Below, one piece after another: positions 14,290 through 22,164 of a stretch of 34,287 nt of DNA. This stretch comes from Solirubrobacterales bacterium. Lineage in GTDB: Bacteria > Actinomycetota > Thermoleophilia > Solirubrobacterales > 70-9. Each line of letters starts with the position of its first letter. Position 1 is the first letter of the stretch. The notes under the pieces are model-generated. The model was not told the DNA's origin. It searched no databases and was given only the letters and a program-made list of their open reading frames with translations. Location of the stretch: contig JBBRHQ010000001.1 of the NCBI GenBank assembly GCA_038222365.1, positions 1-34,287 on the forward strand, given 5' to 3'. Position numbers and translations under genes: made by a program.

Positions 14290-15279
14290 CTACCGAGGTT
14301 GAACAACCGAGAACCGGCTGAGGTGGGCCGTGAATGACCCGCCCGCCAACCGTACGTTCGCCCTGCCCGGGAAGGACGCCCTCAAAGCCCCCCTCCAGCG
14401 ACCCGATGCGTGGTGTCGGCGATGCCTGAAGCGCCCTCTGCCATGGAATGGCGGCGGCGGGTCGACCAAGGCCCGTCTCGATTCAGGGTCATAATCAAAT
14501 GAGTGCGATGGCGCATCGGTCGCGTAGGCGAATCGAAGGATCCGCAGCCGGCCGCGATGCTCGCTGATCGATGCAGAGAAGTGGGCGCGACCGCGCGGCC
14601 GATTCTTCATTGCCGTGAACTCGACCTGCATTCCGTTGGATCTGCGGTGGGCATCGAGCTCCACTCCCGGCCCGCCCGGTCCGGTGGTGGAGCCGAAAAC
14701 GCAGCCGAAATAAGGCGGCGCAAAAAAGCCCCGGTACTCCGGAGCTTTGACAATGGGACCGGCCACCGTGTAGCCACCTTCGCCCCTGAATCTGAACGAC
14801 CCGGCGAAGTAACCCCGCTGCATCAAGAACTGCTTTTCGCAGACATGAACGATCCGCGGAGGGCCGCCGGTGGGCTTGAATGACATCGAGACGCTGCCGA
14901 GCTTGCCGAAGCTGGCGGTGAAGCTCCACGGGTCTGCGTTCACGGTTGCCGGAGCGCGGTAGAAGGCGAGCCGGCCGCGCTTGTAGACGCTGGCGGTCAC
15001 CGAGTGGCTGTTTCGAATGAAGACGGCGATCGAGTAGCCGTGGGTGCCGTGAACCTTGAATCCCACTGGGGGGTAGGCGACTTCAGCGTTCCCCCTGGAC
15101 ACGGGCGTTTGGCGTAAACCAAAACCCCCGCCGTCGAGCCCGAGTGCGGCGGTGGCGATCCTCTCCTCTTGACCGCGAAGGGTGGTGGAGGCAGAGGCTG
15201 GGAGGGTCGTCCAGGCAAGGCCGATCGAGATTGCGGTCATCGCTGCGAATGACAGCCTCCTCGTCCTGACCTTGGTCAT
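14290..15279 (-). CDS. Secreted hypothetical protein
   Basis: From ATG 15279 the protein reads MTKVRTRRLSFAAMTAISIGLAWTTLPASA/STT, a Sec-type signal peptide with an AxA site. The remainder is beta-rich with no family recognised. Confidence 0.6.
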   Translation of the reverse strand: MTKVRTRRLSFAAMTAISIGLAWTTLPASASTTLRGQEERIATAALGLDGGGFGLRQTPVSRGNAEVAYPPVGFKVHGTHGYSIAVFIRNSHSVTASVYKRGRLAFYRAPATVNADPWSFTASFGKLGSVSMSFKPTGGPPRIVHVCEKQFLMQRGYFAGSFRFRGEGGYTVAGPIVKAPEYRGFFAPPYFGCVFGSTTGPGGPGVELDAHRRSNGMQVEFTAMKNRPRGRAHFSASISEHRGRLRILRFAYATDAPSHSFDYDPESRRALVDPPPPFHGRGRFRHRRHHASGRWRGALRASFPGRANVRLAGGSFTAHLSRFSVVQPR

Positions 15280-15358
15280 GGCGGTCACCGATGCCTCTGA
15301 TCGCAATCTACCGGGTGCGCGTCCACTGTGGTCGGCTTTCGCACGCGTGTCGGTCACA

Positions 15359-15721
15359 ATGCGGCAGATGGCCTCGTACTCGGTCAACGACCGCGCGGTG
15401 ACGCGCGCCCGGCAGCTGATCGACGCCCGCCAATACGTTCTCGAGAGTGACTGGGGAGAGGTCCAGCCCTCTGCCGAGGACGAGAACGCCTACCTGGAAT
15501 CGCATTCCTGGGAGGAATACGCCGAGTGGCATCTGGGCTTGACCGAGGGTGCCTCCGAGGAGACCAAGGCCCGGTTCGGGTTCGTCTATGGGGACTTCCG
15601 CCGCATCCACCGATCGGCACTGATCGCGTCCCAGTACCGAGCCGCCGAGTGGCACCACAAGGAAGTCGAGCTCGCGGCTCACGAATTGCTCCAGCGTCTC
15701 GACGACGCGAGCGGCGGCTGA
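15359..15721 (+). CDS. Hypothetical protein (about 120 aa)
   Basis: The ORF-track entry 15182-15721 overlaps the divergent secreted-protein gene. The internal ATG at 15359 (MRQMASYSVNDRAV...) avoids that overlap. No family recognised. Confidence 0.45.
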   Translation: MRQMASYSVNDRAVTRARQLIDARQYVLESDWGEVQPSAEDENAYLESHSWEEYAEWHLGLTEGASEETKARFGFVYGDFRRIHRSALIASQYRAAEWHHKEVELAAHELLQRLDDASGG

Positions 15722-15886
15722 CCGGAGCAGAAAGGCCGTTCAGGGTAGCGCTCGGTCCCAGGCGGGCACGGACCCCTGCCTCGGGGGCCGCGGATCGTCC
15801 ACGCCGCTATTCAACGTTTGTACGAGAGGCCTACTCACTACTGGTATAGCTGAGGCCCAATAAAGAACCATTTTCGGAGGAAATTG

Positions 15887-15949
15887 GTGCAGGTGACGAA
15901 GGGCCATGGGGGTGAGCGGGTGGGGTCGAAACAGGCCCCCGAGAGGTGA
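15887..15949 (+). promoter_or_regulatory. Possible 20-codon leader ORF translationally coupled to the first polysaccharide-locus gene
   Basis: GGAGG (15876-15880) lies 6 nt upstream of GTG 15887. The ORF reads VQVTKGHGGERVGSKQAPER and its TGA (15947-15949) overlaps GTG 15946 of the downstream gene, which has no well-spaced SD of its own. Confidence 0.25.
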
Positions 15950-17526
15950 GCGGCAACAGGCTGAGACCAGCAGAACCGGTCTTGGCCGTGGTCGGGCTCG
16001 GATATTGGGGCCCCAACCTGCTTCGGATCCTGATCGAGATGGGCGGGGTTCGGGTCAAGTGGGCGTGCGACCAGGACCCCGAGCGGCTGGAGCGCTTTGG
16101 GCGCCGCTACCCGACGGTGAACTTCACCGCCGAGTACGGCCAGGTGCTGGATGACCCGGAGGTGGACGGGGTGCTGATCGCCACTCCGGTCGGCACGCAC
16201 GCCGAGCTCGGGCGCCAGAGTCTGGAGGCCGGCAAGCACACCTTCGTCGAGAAGCCCCTGGCGGGGTCGGTCCAGACGGCAGATGCCCTGATCGCCCTCG
16301 CGCATGACGTCGACCGCGTCCTGATGCCCGGCCACACCTTCATCTACAGCCCACCCGTCCGGGCGACCAAGGACCTCCTCGCGAGGGGTGAGCTGGGCGA
16401 CATCTACTTCATCTCCTCGAGCAGGGTCAACCTAGGACTGCATCAGCGCGACGTCAGCGTCGTCTGGGACCTCGGGCCGCATGACTTCTCGATCCTCCTC
16501 TACTGGCTGGGCGAGCTGCCGAGGAGCGTTCGGGCCGTCGGCAGAGCCTCGATCGTCGACGGCATCCCCGACGTCGCATTCATCGCGCTGGAGTTCACCT
16601 CGGGGATCGTCGCCAACATCGAGCTGAGCTGGCTGGCTCCGAGCAAGCTGCGCCGAACGGTGATCGTCGGCAGCGAGAAGATGGTCGTCTACGACGACGG
16701 CAGCCCGGAGCCGATCAAGCTCTACGACCAGGGGGTCGTCTATCGCGATCCGGAGACCTTCGGGGAGTACCACCTCTCCTACAGGACCGGCGACGTCCTC
16801 GCCCCCAAGCTCGAGACCCACGAGCCGCTGGGAGCCGAGCTTGAGGCCTTCGCGACAGCGATCCGATCCGGAGAGCGGATGGAGGCCGAGACCTCGCTCG
16901 CCCGGGACGTCGTCTCCCTGACCGAGGCGGCGGATCGCTCGCTCCGAGAGGGCGGGGCCGAGGTGCTGATCGAGAGGCGCCGGGTATTCAGTCGCGCCCT
17001 GGCGGCAAGTGGTCGGGCGCTTCGGGAGGTGGATCGTCCGGCCCCCCGCGACTACGCGTCGGCGCCGGAGGAAGAGGAGCGCCGCGTGCAGGCGGTGCTT
17101 CTGGTCGACGGCGCCGACCCCCCGGATCTCGAGTTGAGGACTCTTCTCGAGGAGACCCTCCCCTTCGAGAGGGTGATCGAGGCCGAGCGCGCTTCCGCCG
17201 CGATCGTCGCGGCCGACGCGGAGGGAGGCTGCCTCAGCCTGATCCTGGTCGCCTGCGACTCGGATGCAATCGACGCGGACGAGGTCCTGGCCGGGCTCTC
17301 CGAGGCCTGCCCGGACGTGCCGATCCTGCTCTGGTCCAACTCCCTGGAGTCGCGCGACGTCCGCTGCGCGCTCGATGCCGGGATGCGCGGACAGGTGGTC
17401 CATTCGAGCGATCGCGCCGGGCTGAAGGCGGCGATTGCCGCGGTTGCCGATCAGGGTGGAAGGTCGTCCAACGGCCTGCGGCAGCCCGGAGATGAAGCTC
17501 GCCGGCGCGTACTGGTGGTCAGGTGA
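15946..17526 (+). CDS. Gfo/Idh/MocA-family sugar oxidoreductase fused to a C-terminal receiver-like (CheY-like) domain
   Basis: The N-terminal Rossmann region LAVVGLGYWGPNLLR...EKPLA and the dimerisation region are typical of WbpB-type UDP-sugar dehydrogenases. The last ~140 aa (AVLLVDGADPP...LSLILVACDSDAIDADEV...VPILLWSNS...ALDAGMRGQVVHS) follow the REC beta-alpha pattern but lack the conserved Lys. Confidence 0.8.
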   Translation: MSGNRLRPAEPVLAVVGLGYWGPNLLRILIEMGGVRVKWACDQDPERLERFGRRYPTVNFTAEYGQVLDDPEVDGVLIATPVGTHAELGRQSLEAGKHTFVEKPLAGSVQTADALIALAHDVDRVLMPGHTFIYSPPVRATKDLLARGELGDIYFISSSRVNLGLHQRDVSVVWDLGPHDFSILLYWLGELPRSVRAVGRASIVDGIPDVAFIALEFTSGIVANIELSWLAPSKLRRTVIVGSEKMVVYDDGSPEPIKLYDQGVVYRDPETFGEYHLSYRTGDVLAPKLETHEPLGAELEAFATAIRSGERMEAETSLARDVVSLTEAADRSLREGGAEVLIERRRVFSRALAASGRALREVDRPAPRDYASAPEEEERRVQAVLLVDGADPPDLELRTLLEETLPFERVIEAERASAAIVAADAEGGCLSLILVACDSDAIDADEVLAGLSEACPDVPILLWSNSLESRDVRCALDAGMRGQVVHSSDRAGLKAAIAAVADQGGRSSNGLRQPGDEARRRVLVVR

Positions 17527-19049
17527 GCACCCTGGATCAGATCGCGGTCCGCTCGCCTGCCGAGGCCGGCGCCCTGCCGGCGTCCTCGGTTCCCCGAGCG
17601 CGGGATTACATCGCCAGGCGCGCCCTGGCCATCTGTGACGCCGCCGCGATCGCCGCGGCGATGGCGATCGCCCTTCTCCTGGTCACGCCGTCGCCGCAGG
17701 CCGACCTCGACTTCGCCTTCAGCCTTCTCGCCCTGCCGTTCCTGATCGCCCTATTCAAGGTCTACCGCCTCTATGACCGCGACTCGAAGCGGGTCAGCCA
17801 CTCGACCGTCGACGACGTTCCGTGGCTCTTTCACGCTCTGCTGGTCGGCTCGATCGGGCTCTGGGCGTACTCGAAGATCGCCTGGCCCGACCGGATCCAG
17901 CTGGCCCAGGGAGTCACGCTGTTCATTGCCGCGCTGATCGGGATCCTCGTCGCCAGGGCATCGGTGCGCATCGCGATCACCCGATGGAGCCCGCGCGAGC
18001 GGGTGCTGCTGGTCGGCGACGGGCCGGCGGCCCGCTTGCTGGTGAGAAAGATGCGGCTCCATCCCGAGTACGGCCTTGACGCGATCGGCTACCTGGGGTC
18101 CGTGGATGGCTCGGGCCAACCGATCGAAGAAGCCGACACCGACCACGAGGCTCTCCACCGGATCGCCAGGTTTCACTCCGACCTCGAGCGCCAGCAGATT
18201 GACGGAATTCCCTGTCTCGGGGGCACGGAATCCGGGCTCGAGACGGCCCACCGGCTCTCGGGCGTCGACCGGGTGATTCTGCTCCAGGACCTCGACGACG
18301 ACGTCCTGCTCGGGATCGCTCGGCGCTGCTCGGATCTCGAGATCAAGATCAGCCTGGTCCCCAACCTGGTCGAGATTCTCGGCTCCTCGGTCGAGGTCGA
18401 CGACCTCGAGGGAGTGACGCTGCTGGGGATCAATCCCCCCATGCTGACCCGCTCCTCTCGGGTGGTCAAACGGGGGCTCGACATCCTCTTGGCGGCCGGA
18501 GCACTGCTGCTTGCGCTCCCGGTGATGGCGGTCGCGGCGCTGGCGATCAAGCTGACCTCGAGGGGCCCGATCTTCTTCGTGCAGGAGCGGATCGGCCGCG
18601 GCGAGCGTCGCTTCCGCCTCTACAAGTTCAGGACGATGGTCGAGGACGCGGAGGCGCGCGAGGCGCAGCTGCGCGCCGAGAGCGTTCACCCCGCCTGGCT
18701 CCTGCTCGAGCGCGATCCGCGGGTCACCGGGGTCGGCCGAATCCTGCGCTCCACCAGCATCGACGAGCTGCCCCAACTGGTCAATGTGCTGAAGGGCGAC
18801 ATGAGCCTGGTGGGCCCGCGGCCGATGCCCCCGGCAGTGGACGAGCAGATCGACGGATGGGGGCGCCGCCGGCTCGACCTGACGCCCGGCATCACCGGGC
18901 TGTGGCAGGTGCTCGGGCGGACCAGCATCCCCTTCGAGGAGATGATCGGCCTCGATTACCTCTACGTGACGAACTGGTCGCTGTGGCAGGACATCCGGCT
19001 CCTCGTACGCACGCTCCCGGCAATCGCCGGGCGCAGGGGCGCCAACTGA
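17523..19049 (+). CDS. Polyprenyl-phosphate glycosyl-1-phosphate transferase (WbaP/EpsB-type bacterial sugar transferase), priming enzyme
   Basis: N-terminal TM helices and a central linker are followed by the C-terminal catalytic domain [54 protein letters not shown]...[21 protein letters not shown]. Confidence 0.9.
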   Translation: MSTLDQIAVRSPAEAGALPASSVPRARDYIARRALAICDAAAIAAAMAIALLLVTPSPQADLDFAFSLLALPFLIALFKVYRLYDRDSKRVSHSTVDDVPWLFHALLVGSIGLWAYSKIAWPDRIQLAQGVTLFIAALIGILVARASVRIAITRWSPRERVLLVGDGPAARLLVRKMRLHPEYGLDAIGYLGSVDGSGQPIEEADTDHEALHRIARFHSDLERQQIDGIPCLGGTESGLETAHRLSGVDRVILLQDLDDDVLLGIARRCSDLEIKISLVPNLVEILGSSVEVDDLEGVTLLGINPPMLTRSSRVVKRGLDILLAAGALLLALPVMAVAALAIKLTSRGPIFFVQERIGRGERRFRLYKFRTMVEDAEAREAQLRAESVHPAWLLLERDPRVTGVGRILRSTSIDELPQLVNVLKGDMSLVGPRPMPPAVDEQIDGWGRRRLDLTPGITGLWQVLGRTSIPFEEMIGLDYLYVTNWSLWQDIRLLVRTLPAIAGRRGAN

Positions 19050-19068
19050 CCAAAAAGGAGGCAGCCTG

Positions 19069-20061
19069 ATGAGGATCCCATCGAAGCGATTCGTGGTCAC
19101 CGGCGGCGCCGGTTTCATCGGCAGCCACGTAGTCGACCAACTGGTCCAGAAGGGCGCCGAGGTGGTCGCGATCGACGACCTCAGCGTCGGTCGGCCCGAG
19201 AACCTCTCCGCAGCCCTGGCGGCGGGGGCGGAGCTGCAGGTCGGCGACATCCTCGACAGGTCGTTCATGCAGCGCGGCCTCTCGGGCGCCGACATCGTCA
19301 TCCACATGGCCTGCGACAACCTCCGCGCGTCGCTCGCCGATCCGGAGCGAACCCACGAGATCAACGCCACCGGGACGCTGGTCGCCGCGCTCGCGGCGGT
19401 TCGCGCCGGGGTCAAGCGCTTTGCCTACGTTTCCTCTTCGGAGGCCTACGGATCGGCCGTCGACGGGCTGATGAGCGAGTCGCATCCGCTGCGGCCGACC
19501 ACCGTCTATGGGGCGAGCAAGGCCGCGGGGGAGCTCAATGCCCAGGCATGCATGCGCACCTACGGCCTGCCGGTGATCGTGATCCGGCCGTTCAACTCAT
19601 ACGGGCCGCGCGAGCACGCGGAGGGCACCAGCGCCGAGGTGATTCCGAAGTTCGTCTCGCGGATCACGGCCGGCGAGCGGCCGGTGATCTTCGGCGACGG
19701 AACCCAGACCCGTGACTTCACCTGGGTCGAGGACACGGCGGCGGGAATCGTCGCGGCGGCGGCTCGCGACGAGCTGGTGGGCGAGGCCGTGAACATCGCC
19801 TACGGCAGCGGGGTGAGCATCCGGCAGGTCTGCGAGATGCTGCTCGAGATCCTCGCCGCGGAGCATCTGGAGCCCGAGTACGTCGACGGGCGCCCTGGGG
19901 ACGTGATGCACCATCGCGCCGACACCACCAAGGCGTATGAGGAGATCGGCTTCTGCGCCGGGATCCCGATCCGCGAGGGCCTCGAGCGCTACATCGCTTG
20001 GGCCATGGAGCAGGGCGATCGGGAGCCGGCGGGCGAGCCTCAGCCGGTCCGCAACTGGTAG
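19069..20061 (+). CDS. NAD-dependent epimerase/dehydratase (extended SDR)
   Basis: VVTGGAGFIGSHVV (GxxGxxG) and YGASKAAGE (YxxxK). AAGGAGG lies upstream of the ATG. Confidence 0.9.
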   Translation: MRIPSKRFVVTGGAGFIGSHVVDQLVQKGAEVVAIDDLSVGRPENLSAALAAGAELQVGDILDRSFMQRGLSGADIVIHMACDNLRASLADPERTHEINATGTLVAALAAVRAGVKRFAYVSSSEAYGSAVDGLMSESHPLRPTTVYGASKAAGELNAQACMRTYGLPVIVIRPFNSYGPREHAEGTSAEVIPKFVSRITAGERPVIFGDGTQTRDFTWVEDTAAGIVAAAARDELVGEAVNIAYGSGVSIRQVCEMLLEILAAEHLEPEYVDGRPGDVMHHRADTTKAYEEIGFCAGIPIREGLERYIAWAMEQGDREPAGEPQPVRNW

Positions 20062-20065
20062 GGGA

Positions 20066-21025
20066 ATGAGCTTCGGCAACGACATCGGCCCGGGGCACCG
20101 AATGGTGATCCTGGGCGCCGATGGCTTCATCGGCAGCGCCGTGGTCCGAGCGGCTCTGGAGGCCGAGGCGAAGGTCGTCGCCCTCTGCGCGAAGCCACCA
20201 TGGCGGCTCGGTGATCTCGAGGACGACCCCGCCCTCGAGCTCGCCGACCTGGGCGCCTGGTGGGAGCCGGGTCGGGCTGAGTCTCTCGAGCCGGTGATCG
20301 CCGGCGCGGCCGCCGTCGTCCTGCTCGCCTACCGGCCGCCCCCGGATCGGCGCTCGGCCCACCGCCACGAATACGAGGTGAATACCGCCGGGGCGGCGGC
20401 GATCGGCGAGGTCGCCGCCCGCGCAAAGGTCCGGCTGGTGTTCACCAGTTCCGCCGACGTCTACGGCCTGTGGCGTGAGGAGCCGGTGACCGAGGAGACG
20501 CCGCCGCGCCCGCAGACGCCGTATTCGGAGGCGAAGCTCGAGGCCGAGCGTCTGCTCTCGGCGACCGCCGTCCCGGGTTCCGTCGTCAGCCTGCGGCTTG
20601 CCACGGTCTTCGGCCCGGGCGAGGACGGTCCGCGCGCGATCCCCTCCTTCATCCGGGCATTCCTTCGCTCCGAGGAGCCGGTTCTCCACGGCGACGGCAC
20701 GGACGTCCGCGACTACGTCCACGTGGACGATGTCGCCGGCGCGATCCTCAGCGCCTGCCGGCTGCCATCTCCCCCGGCGACCGTGAACATCGGCTCGGGG
20801 GTCGGCCGCAGCACCGCGGAGGTGCATCGCGCGGTGGCCGCGGCGATGGAGGTCGAGCCGCACGCCAGGCTGGAGCCGAGCCCGCGGCCGCCCACGCGGC
20901 TGATCGTGGACTCCGGGCTCGCGGCCCTTCAGCTCGGTTTCGCCCCGCGGCGGGAGTTCGAGGCCGCCCTTCGTGAGGAGGTGCGCTGGTTGCGGAACCG
21001 GCGCGAGGCGCAGGTGGCCGCATGA
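20066..21025 (+). CDS. NAD-dependent epimerase/dehydratase family protein (second SDR)
   Basis: ILGADGFIGSAVV and YSEAKLEAE. ATG 20066 is the start that does not overlap the previous gene; the ORF-track start at 19937 does overlap it. Confidence 0.8.
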   Translation: MSFGNDIGPGHRMVILGADGFIGSAVVRAALEAEAKVVALCAKPPWRLGDLEDDPALELADLGAWWEPGRAESLEPVIAGAAAVVLLAYRPPPDRRSAHRHEYEVNTAGAAAIGEVAARAKVRLVFTSSADVYGLWREEPVTEETPPRPQTPYSEAKLEAERLLSATAVPGSVVSLRLATVFGPGEDGPRAIPSFIRAFLRSEEPVLHGDGTDVRDYVHVDDVAGAILSACRLPSPPATVNIGSGVGRSTAEVHRAVAAAMEVEPHARLEPSPRPPTRLIVDSGLAALQLGFAPRREFEAALREEVRWLRNRREAQVAA

Positions 21026-22164
21026 GGGTCGCGATGCTGCTCGAGAACAACCCCTACCCGCAGGACGTGCGGGTCCGAAACGAGGCGGAATCGCTGGCCG
21101 CGGCGGGTCACGAGGTGACCGTGATCGCGCCACGGTCGAGGGGGCAGGCCCGTCTGGGGCGAGTCGGAGAGGTGACCGTTCGGCGATACCGGCTGCCGGC
21201 CTCCTCCGGCGGGATCGGCGGATTCCTGCTCGAGTACGCGGTGGCTCACGCGCAGCTCTTCACCCGCGGCATCCTCGAGCTCCTCCGCGGCGCCGAGGTG
21301 GTCCACATCCACAACCCGCCCGACACCCTGTTCCCGATCGGGCTGCTCGCCAGGGCGATGGGCCGGAAGGTCGTTTTCGACCACCACGACCTCTTCCCCG
21401 AGCTGTTCGCCGAGAAGTTCGGCGGCTCGCCGCTGGTCGCGATTGCCGGCGCCAGCCAGCGAGCCAGCCTGCGGACCGCGACCGCCGTGCTCGTCACCAA
21501 CCGCTCCCAGGCCGACACCGCGCTTGCCCGCGGCGTGCGCCGGCCGGAGAGGCTGACTGTGGTGCGAAACGGGCCCCGGCGGGCCACCCTGGCGAACGCG
21601 GGGCAGCCGAGACCGGGCAGCCTGGTCGACCCCCATCTGATCTTCGTCGGCGAGCTGGCCTCCCAGGACGGCGTCCTGGCGCTCCCGGAGCTGATGGCGA
21701 AGCCAGGGCTGGAGCGGGCGACGCTGACCCTGGTCGGGGACGGGGGGGACCGGCCCGAGCTGAGCGCGGCCTTCTCGCGGCTTGGCATGGCGGACCGGGT
21801 CGAGTTCACGGGCCAGGTCGAGCATCGCCGGGTTCCGGAGCTGATCGCCTCCTCGGACATCTGCATCGACCCGGCGCCGTGCTCGGAGCTCAACCACGGC
21901 TCGACCATGATCAAGGTCACCGAGTACCTCGCCGCCGGTCGCCCTGTGGTGGCGTTCGGGCTGACCGAGACTCGGCGCACCGCCGCAGACGCGGCGCTCT
22001 ACGCACCCTGCGGAGATCTCGACGGGTTTGCGGCCCTGATCGTCCGCCTGGCGTGGAACGGCGATCTCCGCCGGGAGCTGGCCGAGCTGGCGATCGCGCG
22101 GGCGGATCAGCTCGTCTGGGAGCACTCCGAGGCCGAGCTGCTGGGGGCCTATGAGCTCCTCTAG
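21022..22164 (+). CDS. Glycosyltransferase family 4 (GT-B, Glycos_transf_1-type)
   Basis: MRVAMLLENNPYPQDVRVRNEAESLAAAGHEVTV is an N-terminal GT4 pattern. The C-terminal half reads FVGELASQDGV...ADRVEFTGQV...ICIDP. ATGA overlap with the previous gene. Confidence 0.85.
   Translation: MRVAMLLENNPYPQDVRVRNEAESLAAAGHEVTVIAPRSRGQARLGRVGEVTVRRYRLPASSGGIGGFLLEYAVAHAQLFTRGILELLRGAEVVHIHNPPDTLFPIGLLARAMGRKVVFDHHDLFPELFAEKFGGSPLVAIAGASQRASLRTATAVLVTNRSQADTALARGVRRPERLTVVRNGPRRATLANAGQPRPGSLVDPHLIFVGELASQDGVLALPELMAKPGLERATLTLVGDGGDRPELSAAFSRLGMADRVEFTGQVEHRRVPELIASSDICIDPAPCSELNHGSTMIKVTEYLAAGRPVVAFGLTETRRTAADAALYAPCGDLDGFAALIVRLAWNGDLRRELAELAIARADQLVWEHSEAELLGAYELL

Noticed and set aside
15182-15358. 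N-terminal extension of the 15182-15721 ORF
   Set aside because: It would overlap the 5' end and signal-peptide region of the divergent secreted-protein gene. The internal ATG at 15359 gives a non-overlapping gene.
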